Shown here piece by piece: positions 14,453 to 28,093 of a DNA stretch of 64,000 nt. The first letter of the stretch is position 1. The number at the start of each line of letters is the position of its first letter. The notes under the pieces were generated by a model. It saw nothing but the letters and a program-made list of their open reading frames with translations, was not told where the DNA came from and searched no databases. The stretch covers positions 85,158,416 to 85,222,415 of the forward strand of contig NC_068990.1 in the NCBI RefSeq assembly GCF_001194135.2, given 5' to 3'. Both the position numbers and the translations under genes were made by a program. Origin of the DNA: Octopus bimaculoides. Taxonomy: Eukaryota.

Positions 14453-15736
14453 CCATACATAAGCATACATATATGCACTCATAAAAAACTCAAATATGAG
14501 AAATAGAAATAAAAATAAAAATATGTCTTACCATGGGGCCACTTGTTCCTGGTGGTCCAGTGGGTCCGGCAGGTCCAGGTGGGCCCTGTAAAGTAAAAGA
14601 AACATTATATTAAAGTTTGTGGTGTATCAGTGTGACCAAAACCTATTTTTGCTTTGTTCAACTTTTCAACATCTTCTCTTTTCTAGTTACTACCTTCTCT
14701 TTCTCATCACCTTCTCCTTCCCCCCTTCTGTCTCAACTTGGACCCAAGCCTATCATAAAGACTGACTCACTAATTTTCTTTGGTAAGGAAGAGCAAATAT
14801 TCTTTCTCTGTTTGGTAGGGGTATGATGAAGGAAATTTTGTGCTGGACACAGCTGAAAGAAGGTTGAAGACAGAAAAAACCCCCTTAAGGAGGACTTATG
14901 AGGGTGGAGATGTTTTATGAAAGGTGAGTGAGATTGGTGAAATTGGAGCCCATAAGAGCCCACATTGATTATATGGCAGCAGATTTTTGGAAAAGAACTA
15001 GATGAAGCCATTTGGTTTTGGTCTATCAGGGTAAGTTGTGTTTTATGTAGTTAACCTCTGATTTCAAATCTAACTGGAAATATCTTTTGACTTAATTTCA
15101 TTAAAGTTTACAGAATAAAGTATTACTCATATACAGGGTATTTTTTTAAAATGAATATGCCCCTTCTTCTTCTTCACAACATCTGTGGCTTCATTCTAAT
15201 GTAAGAAATCCTTATTAGCCCTGTCAGGTTGATGAAGGTTAGTTTTTTAGATTCATTTGCACCAAATCACTGTAAATCTTCTGTGCTTAGTTTAACATTA
15301 AGGGCAAAAAAAACTAAAACTTATTTTTTCCATTTTTCATAATATGGAAGTGAAAGGGAAAAGATTTCACCAACTAAAATATGTCACAAATGATGTCTTC
15401 ATTGATCAATCAACCAACCAACCAGTCAGTCAGCCAAAATGACCAACTGACTGACCGACCCACCAACCAACCAACCAACCAACCAGCCATTGCAGAAAAG
15501 GACTTTATATAAATATAAAAAATGTTTACCTTGGGTCCTTGATCTCCAGCTTCACCTTTTTCTCCTGGAAGTCCTGGATTACCCTGAAGTCCTGGAGTTC
15601 CAGTTTGACCTCTTAATCCACGTGGACCATCACTACCCTGAATAAGGGGGGAGGAAAAAAGAAAGATTACATTGAGTGAAGGGACAAACCCATAAGGGAA
15701 AATATTGACATTACAACACTTCCAAATGATGATGAC

Positions 15737-15769
<33 letters not shown>

Positions 15770-18700
15770 GATGATGATGATGATGATGATGATGATGATA
15801 GTAATAATAATAAAAATAATAGTAACAATAGTAATGATGATGATGATGATGACAATGACAACGATGACAACGATGAGGACAATGATGATGATGATGATGA
15901 TGATGATGATAGTACGCATACATATTATATTATATTTAAAACTTTAAATCAGGTTGTCCCATAAATAATGTCCGAAATATCATACGTGTAATTTCTATTA
16001 AATTTTACAGTATTCTAAAATGTCAAATGATAATGATTGATATTCATATGAATTTGGAAGCCATTAATCTAATATAATTCCTTTCTACAGAATAATTCGA
16101 CTGAATTAATTACTAATATTAATCCCTCAAAGATGGAAATATTGAAGGAACATTTAGGGCACATAATGCTTTATGATTTCAAAAAAGGAAACAGTACAGA
16201 AGTGACCTGACATATCCATTCTGTTTACTAGAAAGAGTGCTTGAATGAAAGCAGTTGCAGAAGATGGTTTGCAAAGTTAAAAATTGTGATTTCTACTTAA
16301 AAGAGAGGCCATGAATAGGCCGACCTATAGATTTTGTCAGAGCTTGAGAAGGATAAAGCTGTGTTAGTTGAAGAATTGGTAAGTAAGCTCAATTAAAGCC
16401 ATTCAACTGTTCACCACCATCTTCAATAGCTTGGAAAGGTGCCCAAACTTGGAAAATTATTGGTTCCCCATAATTTGATAGAAGCTAACTGAAAATCATA
16501 AGAGGACATTAAATTTAATAAAATGTAAAATTAGATTACTTTTTTTTTTCGCTTACCCCAAATTTGGACATTACTTATAGGATGACCTGATGTATTTGTG
16601 AGATTTTACTTACTTTACGTCCTGTTGGTCCTTGAACACCTGGGGCACCAAATTCACCTGTTGGTCCCTAGAATATAAGAAATATTGTGACTTGAACAGA
16701 ACTAAAGAGTAATGTACTGATAAAGACTGCAAGTTGAGTTGATTAAAGAAAACTACAAAAACATTAGAGCACATACGATAATTATATGGCCCTATGACGG
16801 AATATACAATAGTGTACATGATTATTTGGTATATGATGTATATAAATTAGAACATAGAACAGAATGTATATGATAGACTATATAATAGAGAATATGGTTG
16901 TGTATATTATGATGTAAATGATAGACTGTATGAGAAAGTATGTGACAGAGAATATGATAGTGTATTTTAATTAGAATATGTGAGAGGGCAGAATGAAGAG
17001 AATCTTAGATTATGATAGAATGGTTGGTTATATGATAGATGATAATATAGTGCATATGACAGAACTTTTGATAGGACTATATGTTAGTTTATATGATACA
17101 AAATATGACAGTATATATGAATTGACATATATGCTAGAATATCAGATAGTGTATGATAAAAGGTATGAGAGAGCATATGATATGTATATGAATATGTATA
17201 TGAATATGAATTAGAGAATGTAATAGAGAGCATGATAAACTATGCAATAAATTATATGGTAGTATATATGAATTAGAATATAGAATAAAGTATATAATTT
17301 GTCATAAATGATAGAGAATACAATATATACCGTAAATCCTCAAGTATAATCCGCATTTTTTCCCCAAAATTTAAAGGTCAAAATCCCTAGTGCGTACTAT
17401 ATACGAGGTTAAAAATGAAAAATATTTTCTAAACAATGTCCGAGTCTCTATTTACTGTCCAGCAATGTTTATTCAGACGCATTTTGTGATGTCAGGCTTG
17501 TAACTGATAGTGATAGATATATGTAAAGGTAATTTACTTAATATTTATTTTTCACTGACGTTATTACTGTTATTTCTTTACTTTCTGCCAACAAAGTGCA
17601 CAAAAAAGCTACACGTTTGCATTATATTATATATGCAATAATAATAAAGGATGTTACCGTATATATGTTTACAAACCAAGGACGTTTATAGACCTCCTTA
17701 ACTCAAGTTAGAGAAGAGGTGCGTATTATACACAAGGTTTAGGTTTTTCAGAGGTACAGCCCCTTAAAAATCCCCTGCGTATTATACTCAAAGGTCGACT
17801 ATACTCGAGGATTTACAGTATATATATATACATATAGAAAAGCAATATAGACAGAGCATATGAATAACAGCATGATAGAACACAGTGAAATACTTGTAGT
17901 AGTTCAGCAGAACCATATTGTATTATGATCTCAAATGGTAACAGCAGCAGGCTTTAGTTACCCATGGCACCTAAGATGCAGATAAAAATATGGGTAAATT
18001 GACCAAATATACACATCGATGGACTGTGTCACTGAGAGTTGAACATTTTTGCTGGTGATAAACACACAAACATTCAACCCTTTAGAAATGACCTAAGGAG
18101 AGTGTGAAACATACTAAATAATGAGGTTTCCATAGTTAAATGAAGTTGAACCCCAAACTAGTTGGCAAGCTGGTGCTTTCCATCTCCCAATAGTGCTCAA
18201 GTTTTGCCATGTGTAGGGTTTATGCTTGCAGTAAGGACTACATTGGTTACTCATATCATAGTGTTACAGGAAAGTGAACTTACTGGTGGTCCTGGTGCTC
18301 CTTGCAAACCTGTTGGTCCTTGAGGTCCAATTGGTCCCTGAATTTGAAAAGAAACAAAGATATTATGTGCTGTAATCATATACACAAATACTGAATTAAG
18401 TAGTGATTTATAACTTTGATACAAGGTCACAATCGTTATTGTTTGTTTATTTATTTTTTGTTTAGGCTGAAGTTGATTTGATTAATTTGACTGGCAGTTA
18501 TTTTATCACTCTCAGAATGAGAAAAGCCAAATTGACATTAGTAAGATTTGAACTCATAAGGCAGAGAGAAGTAATTAGATACCAAAAAGGAAATTATTCA
18601 GCACTTTACCATTTCTGCAATTCCAGGCTAGTGTGCTAAACTAATGAAAACATGGTTCAAATCTTCCTACCATAGTTATTGCATTATGAAATAATTATTC

Positions 18701-21700
18701 CAAGAAATATTCTTAAAATTAGGCATAGAGCTCTTGTTAAATTGTTAAGGTTTTTTGTGAAATAGGAATGAAGTTGATAAAATTGATGTTTATCAGTTTT
18801 TAAAGTTGTGTGATTTGTTTTACTTGGTTTTTTTCTTTTTTTTTTTTCGTAAGAAATAATTCCTGATATGATAAAAGATGGATTTAGATTTTAAGTTCCA
18901 GATTTTATAATAACGAGCTTATTGTGCTGAGTTGTGTTCTTAATTTAACCATTCTTAAACTGAAAATTGATTCCTGACTGATATGGAAAATATTTGCCTT
19001 TCTCACAGAACAGAAATTTAAGAATGGGTCGTCAGAAATGGCAACTGTTTTGTAGAGGGAATATATGCTGTTTTCTTTGAAATATTACAGATGATTGACC
19101 CATTGTATTTGGGAGTTGCTTTCATCCTCCTCTTAGGATCAACTGATCTGAGTTTGGATGATCTTCAAAGATCTGGTTGTGTCCAAATATGTTACCCAAA
19201 GCAACAAATCAAAATAAAGATGAATTGTGTCACCATTTTATATTCCTACGATGTCATCTTTTATATTCTTCTTACCTTCCAAACTACAACGAAACATTTT
19301 GGCTGCTTGCTAAAAGAATCTCTGTCAACTTTATGGAATTCTTCTTTACACCACTTCTCAGCTAAGATAGTTCAGTAAACAGTACTCTCGTGTGAAAAAC
19401 CTCCACATGAGCCGACCATTTTTCATTCAAGTCCATACTGTACACGTTAGGTAAATTTTCTTCAAAGCTATCCATTTCCACTTCACAAAGATCACCCACT
19501 CACATCTACACACACCCATGTATTGGCTAAACACTTCAAACACATGCATTGGCTAAACGCTATTGCTAAACACTTCAATCATTCTGCTCATTCTCCCCCT
19601 CTCTCTATATGTCTCCCTTTTTCTCTCTTCCATTTTCTCACTAACTCACACAGCAGTGATATATCATATGGGAACATGTTACAGTGTATCCTTTTCCCAA
19701 GAAGAGCAACCTCTCTGACTTTGACGGTTACTTATCTACAGAACTCACTTCAGTATTGCACAGATCCTGGACATACCATTATCAATTAACTTCCCCAACC
19801 TTGAATCTCTCTTCATTCTTAATGACATTGAATATGGCCTTTTTTAAAGCCAGATCTACTTGAAACTTACTTGTATGCCACTCATAATCAGGATCTTGTC
19901 CTCAAATAATTTGGAGGCAGTTTTGTTGCCATCAACATTCGCAAAACTTTTAATCATGTCAGGAATACATATCTGTTATCAGAAATATCTGTCTAATAAT
20001 AAACAAACCTTTGTGCCACACATCCTCTCATACAGAACTGATTGGGGGCTATGCATTAAAACTCTCTTACTTTGGAGAAATTGATAGGTCTTAAATGCTT
20101 AAGTATTAACTGATAGGTCTCAAATGCTAGAATGATATGTATAAACTGAGAGGTCTTGAATGATAGAATATGAGTAAACTGGTGGGTCTTAAATAGCAAA
20201 ATATATGTGTATATAGATAAATTTTAAATGGTGGGATATATATAAATTGATAGACCTTAAATGATAATATAGGAGTATAAACTATTAGGTCTTAAATAGA
20301 GAAATATAAGTTGTGTTACTTACCATGCTACCTTCATCTCCTTTGGGACCACGTTCTCCTGAAGGTCCAAGGTCTCCCTGTAAAAATTTTAAAATAAAAT
20401 TTTGTTTTTATTCATGCATCAATATGTTTTTTTCTCATTTCTTGTTTGTTGATATCACACACCTTTCAATAGATTATAAAACATTCTATTAAATGGAGTA
20501 CAGAATATACTGAAATGTGATCAAGTGGCTATGAGGCTATTGTGCTAGACTATTGACAACATAGTTCAAGTCTTCCTACCACAGTTATTGTATTATGACT
20601 TTAGGTGAAAACACAAAATTTCATTTACTTTGCTCCGTCCTTACTAATATCAAGATTTATCTTAGCTGATAAATCTTAGCTAATAATTTATCTTAGCTAA
20701 TAAGTGTGATTGAACTCAGGAAATGAGTTGATTAGAGATGGGGAATGGGTGAGAGAGTGAATATAGCAAAGAACAAATACTAAGGGTTGATAAGTAGGAA
20801 AAGTAGAGAAGAGTAGGTGACAACTGTAGAAATTCAATAGAGTTGAGGAGCGACCAATGATACACATGAGTTTGTAGTAAGGGTACTACAAGAAGAGATG
20901 ACTGACAGTACACAAAAGAGGAGGGGAAGAGTAGCAGGATAGGACAAGGGGATGCTGAGAGATGTGACAAAGAGAGAAGCAGAGAGAGAGAGACAGACAG
21001 ACAGATAGAGAGAGATGACTTGTGGTTGGGTAGGTTGTAAGAGTGCTGGGCAGGTGTAGTAAATGAGAAGGACAGACATGTAATAGTCATAGAGGAAAGA
21101 TAATGCAGTGGCTCTGGAGGGTGATCTATGTAAAATGGGAGTGGAGAGGACAATATTAGAAATGAAAGATGGATATCAAGTGAAATGTTTCCAAGTAGCG
21201 AGTAAGATAAATAGTATCAGGGAAAAACTGGTGATGTATACAGTTCTGTTCACATGTGATTACAGCAGTAGAATACCGCAGTTAGAGAGATGACTGGTGG
21301 GGGACCATGCAATGATGTTCTAAAGTTTTGTTAGTGTTAGAACAGGTTCTGACACTGGCAAAGTTTTCCTTGGTTTAGTTAATGTCATTTTGTGTTAATG
21401 TCAGTTTGGTCAGTTAGTACATAGAAGAACATCTGTCCATAAAAGAAAAAAAAAAACATTCCAAATCTTGTCTCCATTCTGGGCACCAATGGCACCTACA
21501 GATATACAAAAACTAGACAGTCGAGGAAATTCAACTGGTCTGAGTTGTTGCATTGCACTCCACTCAATTAATTATTGCATGGCATAATAGTACTAGATAA
21601 CCTGTACTCAAACAGATGGAGGTATGGAATATGCAGAGTACTTGATTATTTGTTGGTCTTATCCGGATGTTCAACCACTTACTTGTCATGGATCTGTTTC

Positions 21701-21920
21701 ATCAGGCTTGTCCTGATAATTCAACAAATAACTTAACCTTGTCAACCCATAATATGTTGTGATAATGAGATATTCATTGTTAAGCAAAATTTATCACTCA
21801 CCTTGTCTCCTTCTTCTCCAGGGGATCCAACAGGTCCGGCTGGTCCAGGATAACCCTAGAAATAAGAAATGAACATTTTTAAGCTTGTTTTGTTGCAAAC
21901 ATTATTATTATTATCCTCAT

Positions 21921-21964
<44 letters not shown>

Positions 21965-24900
21965 CAATATTACACTACTAACAGTGTCTTCTGCATCTAT
22001 TAATCTTTTGCCTTTTTCATTTCTTGTTAGGAAGAGTCCATCAGTATTATTTTTAGGGTGGTGTGTATTGTGCATTGCAAGCAGTTTCCTCGTTCTAAAT
22101 TTTGTAGCTTGAACACTTTTTAATTCAGAAAGGGAGCAGAGTATCTTAATACTGGCATTGCCCATGCATTTATTGTTTTAATGATATTCCCTTCATTTAA
22201 TTTTGTTACAAGCAATTCCTAATTCTTCTCTTGTAATCTTTCCAAATTTTTCCGTTCATTTCTTCTTCCATTATCCTATTGTCATGCAACACCCCTAGAT
22301 ATTTGTATCCTTCATTATTCCACAATGATCTAAAAATATTGTTTTGTGATCATCATCATCATCATCATCATCATCATTATTATTATAATTTCACATTGAT
22401 TGTGCTAACAATCTCGTGTCTTGAGGTATAATGACAACAAATCCCCTTTATTTAAAAGAAAAATTTGAGAAAATATTTTTGCAGAGTTGCAAATTACAGT
22501 TTTGCACATCTCCATGATCTGCATCTCAATTCCAATATTTCTGTTCCTTGAAAATTTACCATTCTTATGCCAGCAGGAACAACTTACACATCCTAGTGTT
22601 TTGTCAGTTCTTTAACTAAATCTAGAAACTTTTAAATCAAGGTAAGACTCATTCAGTCACCTGTAATTTCATTCTTTGTAAATCTGTGAATTTGTGCCAA
22701 TGTTTTCAAGTTGGCACAAAGGAAAAGCATGTTGGCAAAAACTTTAAAGTACCTGAAGGATTAGTTTTGGACTTTTCTCAATCTGGGATCATGATTTCTG
22801 GTATCATCAGAATAAATACCAGTTATATACCGGATTTTATTCAAATTAATGAATCACGTCTATTTAAATTGTTAGCTGTGCTATATGCTCTACAGATCTT
22901 CAACTTTGGCCAAGATATATTATTGTCAGACTGCAACTTTAACAAGAACAACAACTACTTCCATATAAAATGAAAGAATACTTTACTTACTCTTGGACCC
23001 TGGGATCCAACAGGTCCAGCATCACCAGGATTACCTTCAGGTCCCTAAAAAATAAAAAGAAAGAAGTGCATAAATAAATTTGAAAAGGTTTTCTTCTAAA
23101 AGAAGTTGAAAATTGATAAAAATATATCCTAAATTTTAAAATATCTAATTTAAAATTGAAGCAATATGATGTAAATTTTTGTAGAATTAAAATTTTTTTT
23201 TCCTTCAAATAGTCTTTTATAAATTTTGCATAGAAAAGTCTTTAGAATAATCTCATCAGATTTTTCAGAATAGTGCTTTAATAGATACACATTTTGTAAC
23301 AGAGAACACAAAACAATAATTACTTACTGGATCTCCCTTCAATCCTCGGGGTCCTTGAGAACCGATTAAACCTCTTCGTCCCTAGAAGAAAAGAAAGAGT
23401 GAAAAACATTGCTGAAAATTATTTTCATAGAGTAATTTTAATTATATTTTTGACTATCTGGGTTTGTAATTCCCTAATTACAAAAAAAATCAAGTCAATC
23501 AAATCTATCTATCTGTGAAATAAGGCTATGCATAATAAGGTTGTGTTACCTCACTAATCAAGATTTTGATTAATTGTTTATAATTAGATTTTAAACACTT
23601 CTAGGAGTTTTTATTTATTAATTACATGGATAATCTTAGTTAATCAAAATTGCCCATATGCATTATTTATATTCTTCATTTGTTATATATTTTGTTTTTC
23701 CCTTTATATGACTATTTTAATTTTTATTTATGTTTATCATTTGTAATCTTTATTCTTATATGTTTGACATATTAGCTCACAGACAACAATCGGAATACAC
23801 AGGATCAGTGGACTGTGCAATCTTAGAGTCAGAGTCAGTGACCTGGGAATCCACATGAGTAATGATGTAACATTCCATGTGTATATTACCAAGAAGGCAA
23901 GGTCCTGCAGGTGAGTGGCTGGCTGAATTCTGAGAGCATTCAGAACCAGGAAAAAGGATAGCGTTTTATTTTTTTTCTTTGTTAGAAATCAACTTCCTGC
24001 ATGTAGGAAAAAAATTCTAATAAATAAAGAGTAAAACACATGGATACATAAATACATGAATATACATATACACACATACATACATACACATACATACATA
24101 CATACATACACACACACATACATACATACATACATACATACATACATACATACATTCATACATGCACACACATATGCAGATATGCATAATGTTTTAGTGT
24201 AAAGATGACTTACTGGAACACCTCGGTCACCAGGTTTGCCAATTTCTCCTCGTTCTCCTTTGTCACCCTGAAATACACAGAAACTTCATTAGCGAACTGC
24301 TTATGTTAGTGGTCAGTGCAAATATGTTTCATATATATAAATAAAACCATTCTAGTCTCGGCTACACGATGTATTCGGGCAATGTAAAAGTATTTCAAAA
24401 TAAATAGAGATATCTAATATGAATTAAATGAACTCAGACCATAAAGATAGATGAAATGGCCAGCTCACCACTTTAAATAATAATAATGATAATAATAATA
24501 ATGATAATAATAATAATAATGATAATAATAANNNNNNNNNNAATAATAATGATAATAATAATAATGATAATAATAATAATGATAATAATAATAACAACTT
24601 ATAAATAATTAAAAAAATGCAGCATTTCATACTTACTGTGGGTCCGCGTGGACCAGAGTTACCTGGCTCTCCATTTTTGCCATCTTTGCCCTGAAATAAC
24701 AAAGAGATAATAGAAATTAGGTGTTTGGAATTAGAAGAGAGATGAAGCAGGTATTTTTTTTTTGTTTCATTCAATCAGGAGGAAAAGCAGTGCCCATGTT
24801 TCTTTTACAGGGCATCTCTAAGACTAAGAAGAGATGAGGAGAGATGAAGAAAAGTTTCCTCAAACTGGAAACTGGCATGAAATTTTGCAATAGGGTAGAC

Positions 24901-27900
24901 TCTGCTAACAGCATGCAAAAACCAAATGGTGCTGAAGGTTCTAGTTCAAAATTTATTTCTGATACTCAGTATAAAACATACACAGGTACACACTCACGTA
25001 CATGCTTTCACTCACTTTCACTTTTGTATATTAATGGCCTTATCTCAATCCTCAAATCTAAATTTTTCACACAGATATACAACATACACATGCATACATA
25101 CATGCATACATACACACACACACTCTCACATGCACACACATACATACTTACATACATACATGGATCTCACATCGGTTTCAATGATGAGTGTTCCAATATT
25201 TGCTCAACAGAACCAGCTAGACAGTGTGTATACAGTAATCCCTCGACTATCACAGGTGTTATGTTCCAAAACCTCCCTCATAAATAATTAAAGTCTAAAA
25301 AAAATATAAATCCCTTTTGCTTGCAGAAACCTGGATCTACTGAGGAGTCTGTGATATAAATTTACAATATATTAGCCAGAAAAATCTGCAATGTACTGAG
25401 TGTGTGATAGGTGAACCGCGATATACAGAGTGCACAATAGGTGAACTGCAATATGGTGAGGGAATGTTGTAATGCCAGTGGCTGGGAATGTCATAGGCAC
25501 TGGCATGCTTAAATGACAATACTGGCTCTTTGATATTACAGGTACATGTCAAGGCTTTCCAAACAATTTCCACCCATCTTTCGCATCGAAGATCGGTGAT
25601 TGTTGTACGATGACAAAAGGTAAATATCCAGAAACCTGGGTCCGTGCGTATCACGTCAGGTTGACGCTGGGAAGGATGACTTCCCTTTGCAAATACCGAC
25701 AGGGCACAGAAAGTGTGTCAATAGCCAGCTGGAGGAGATGTTCTTCTGGGGCTAAAAGCTACAGTAACAGTCACCCTTAGGGTTTAGCTGCATTTAAGTG
25801 GCGAATATATTTCATCCACCTCGTTTCACTGATAAGGCTTGTTGTGGTCAAAGCTTGAGGCTATGATAGAAGGCCTAACCTTAGGTGTTCCACAACGGAA
25901 CCAAACAAGGAACCTCATGCTTATGCTATGAACTTCTTAATCATGTGGCTATGTTTGTGTGTATGCACAAACATACATACATACATACATGCGTATTAGA
26001 CCTAACATACATACACGTTCCTTATTCCCATCAGGGTAACTAGAGAAACATATCAATACAAAAGAAATATACTTACAGGTGGACCTGGTAAACCTCTGTC
26101 ACCAGGGAATCCAGGGGCACCTGAAGGTCCAACAGGGCCATCAGGTCCAGGGTTTCCGGGCGGTCCCTAAAAGACAAAAATAAAGTAAGATAAGTCACTA
26201 AGTCAAACATTGAAAAGGCACTGGACCCACCACCCATATTTATTAAGGCTCTCATAAAATTACACTTTCTATACATATTAGCAGATTTTCACTGCACAGC
26301 TAATAGTTTGGATTTAGAAAATACATATCAGTTTCTTTTGTTCTTTCTTAGAAAATCCTAGCACTTGTAGTGTGTATGTATGTGTTTGTATATGTAAGCA
26401 GTGGCAGACTGGTCAGGTTGCCAGCTGGCCCGATGGCAAGTGGGCCCCTGCACCATTAGAATCCATATATGCAGGCTCATGTTAGTATCTAAGGGGCCCA
26501 TCCCCTCAAGTTTGAGAATTTTTTATTCACTTCTGGAAGAATGCATTAATTATCACAGCCTGGTTGTGTTTGTAGACAGTTGAAAAGTATACTTTTAACA
26601 AAAAAAAAAAATGGTAAAACACATGACGCGTAATCACAGAGATGTGAGTTCGAGTCTCATGGCTGGCCAGTAACGTATTTTTCTGCAATGCATGGATAAT
26701 TTATCCTGATCACATTATTTATAGCATTATCACGCGTTTGAGAAATAAATTTATTTATTTCTGTATCTTACAATACATCTCAACGCTTCTAAAAACAAAC
26801 TGTTTGTTTACTTTCATCGTAAAGTTGAATTTAACATTAGCATCTTATAAAGCTAAATTTATAAGTTCTAAAATTGTAGAAGAATCCGTTGCTGGTCAGT
26901 TTAGTTTAATGGTAAAACACTTGACGCGTAATCACAGAGATGTGAGTTCGAGTCTCATGGCTGGCCAGTAACGTATTTTTCTGCAATAAATGGATAATTT
27001 ATCCTGATCATGCTATTTATAGCATTATCACGTGTTTGAGAAATAAATTTATTTCTGTGTCTTAAAAAAAAAATTAAATGATAGCATTGGAGTTGAGCCA
27101 TAATGAAAAGTATTGTGTCTGTTATACCATGTCATCTTCTTAAATATTTAGGACTATAATGTCCCATGTGTGCTTCTGTTTTTATGGTAGTAATGTTTGG
27201 TTTGAGGGAGGTTTGGCAGCTATGTTTTGCAGATTGGGATACCTGCAAGAAATAACTGCCAAATCACTCACAATGCCTCATGGTATATTTAGCTGTTATC
27301 ATACATGTATTCAACAACAAAGCAATACTTACAGCTTCTCCAGGGGTTCCAGCCTCTCCAGGTAGTCCAGTATCTCCAGGTGGGCCCTATAGAAAAAGAT
27401 GTAAATGATCATGAGTATAATACAAACTGATTATAATTATGATGGTGAAAATGACAAGGAATATATTACTGTTGCTATGGGTAGTGGAGAAGGAAGCTTT
27501 CATAAACAACAAAATATAATATCCCTAAGTGCCATGACATGGTTCATCATGTAAACGTACAGGGTCAGATGGTCCCTACAGAAGACCTTTCAGTTATCAT
27601 ACAGTAATTCAAGGAATATTTATATAACAGATCAGGATTCAGGTGAATCAGGCACTTAAATGGTGAAGCACCATATTGAGTCGAAGAACAAAATGTGTAC
27701 ACAACAAAAATAGTGGAATACAGGTAGAAATAGTGGAAGTACAGGTAGAAAGGTATTCATGTTATGTATATGATTAACTGTACCTGACTGAGAATATCAA
27801 TAGCCCTGAGGCTAAGGAAATGCACATTGCACTGAATGTACGTTCCATAATATACATGAGTCTTATGACCAGTAATGGTCATAGAATCATTGAAGGTGCA

Positions 27901-28045
27901 CAAACTGTTGGCTTTTAAATGTTTTTGAATGTTGTGATTCATGTATTTTCACTTGAGGAAAACGGTTTTTTTTACAAATGATGTAATTAATCAATTAAAA
28001 ATTCCTTGGAAATAGCTGTAGTGGACTGAAACATTGTCTATCTGT

Positions 28046-28093
<48 letters not shown>

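Noticed and set aside
15410-15947. 169-aa ORF with poly-I plus collagen triplets, and poly-H/M/S ORFs
   Set aside because: (ATG)n/(AAT)n repeat read through into exon W40; only 15530-15637 is coding
19090-19380. 95-aa plus ORF; the minus strand has a faint mariner-like [11 protein letters not shown]
   Set aside because: Too degenerate to assign; no TIRs or splice support
20716-21340. Purine-rich block and 145-aa S/L-rich minus ORF; similar blocks at 32170-32540 and 34920-35160
   Set aside because: Compositional bias typical of old LINE debris; no diagnostic motif
26399-26460. CAGTGGCAGACTGG..GGGCCCC resembling a hAT left end upstream of the tRNA-like tandem
   Set aside because: No matching right TIR or TSD found, so I cannot claim that it carried the tRNA unit
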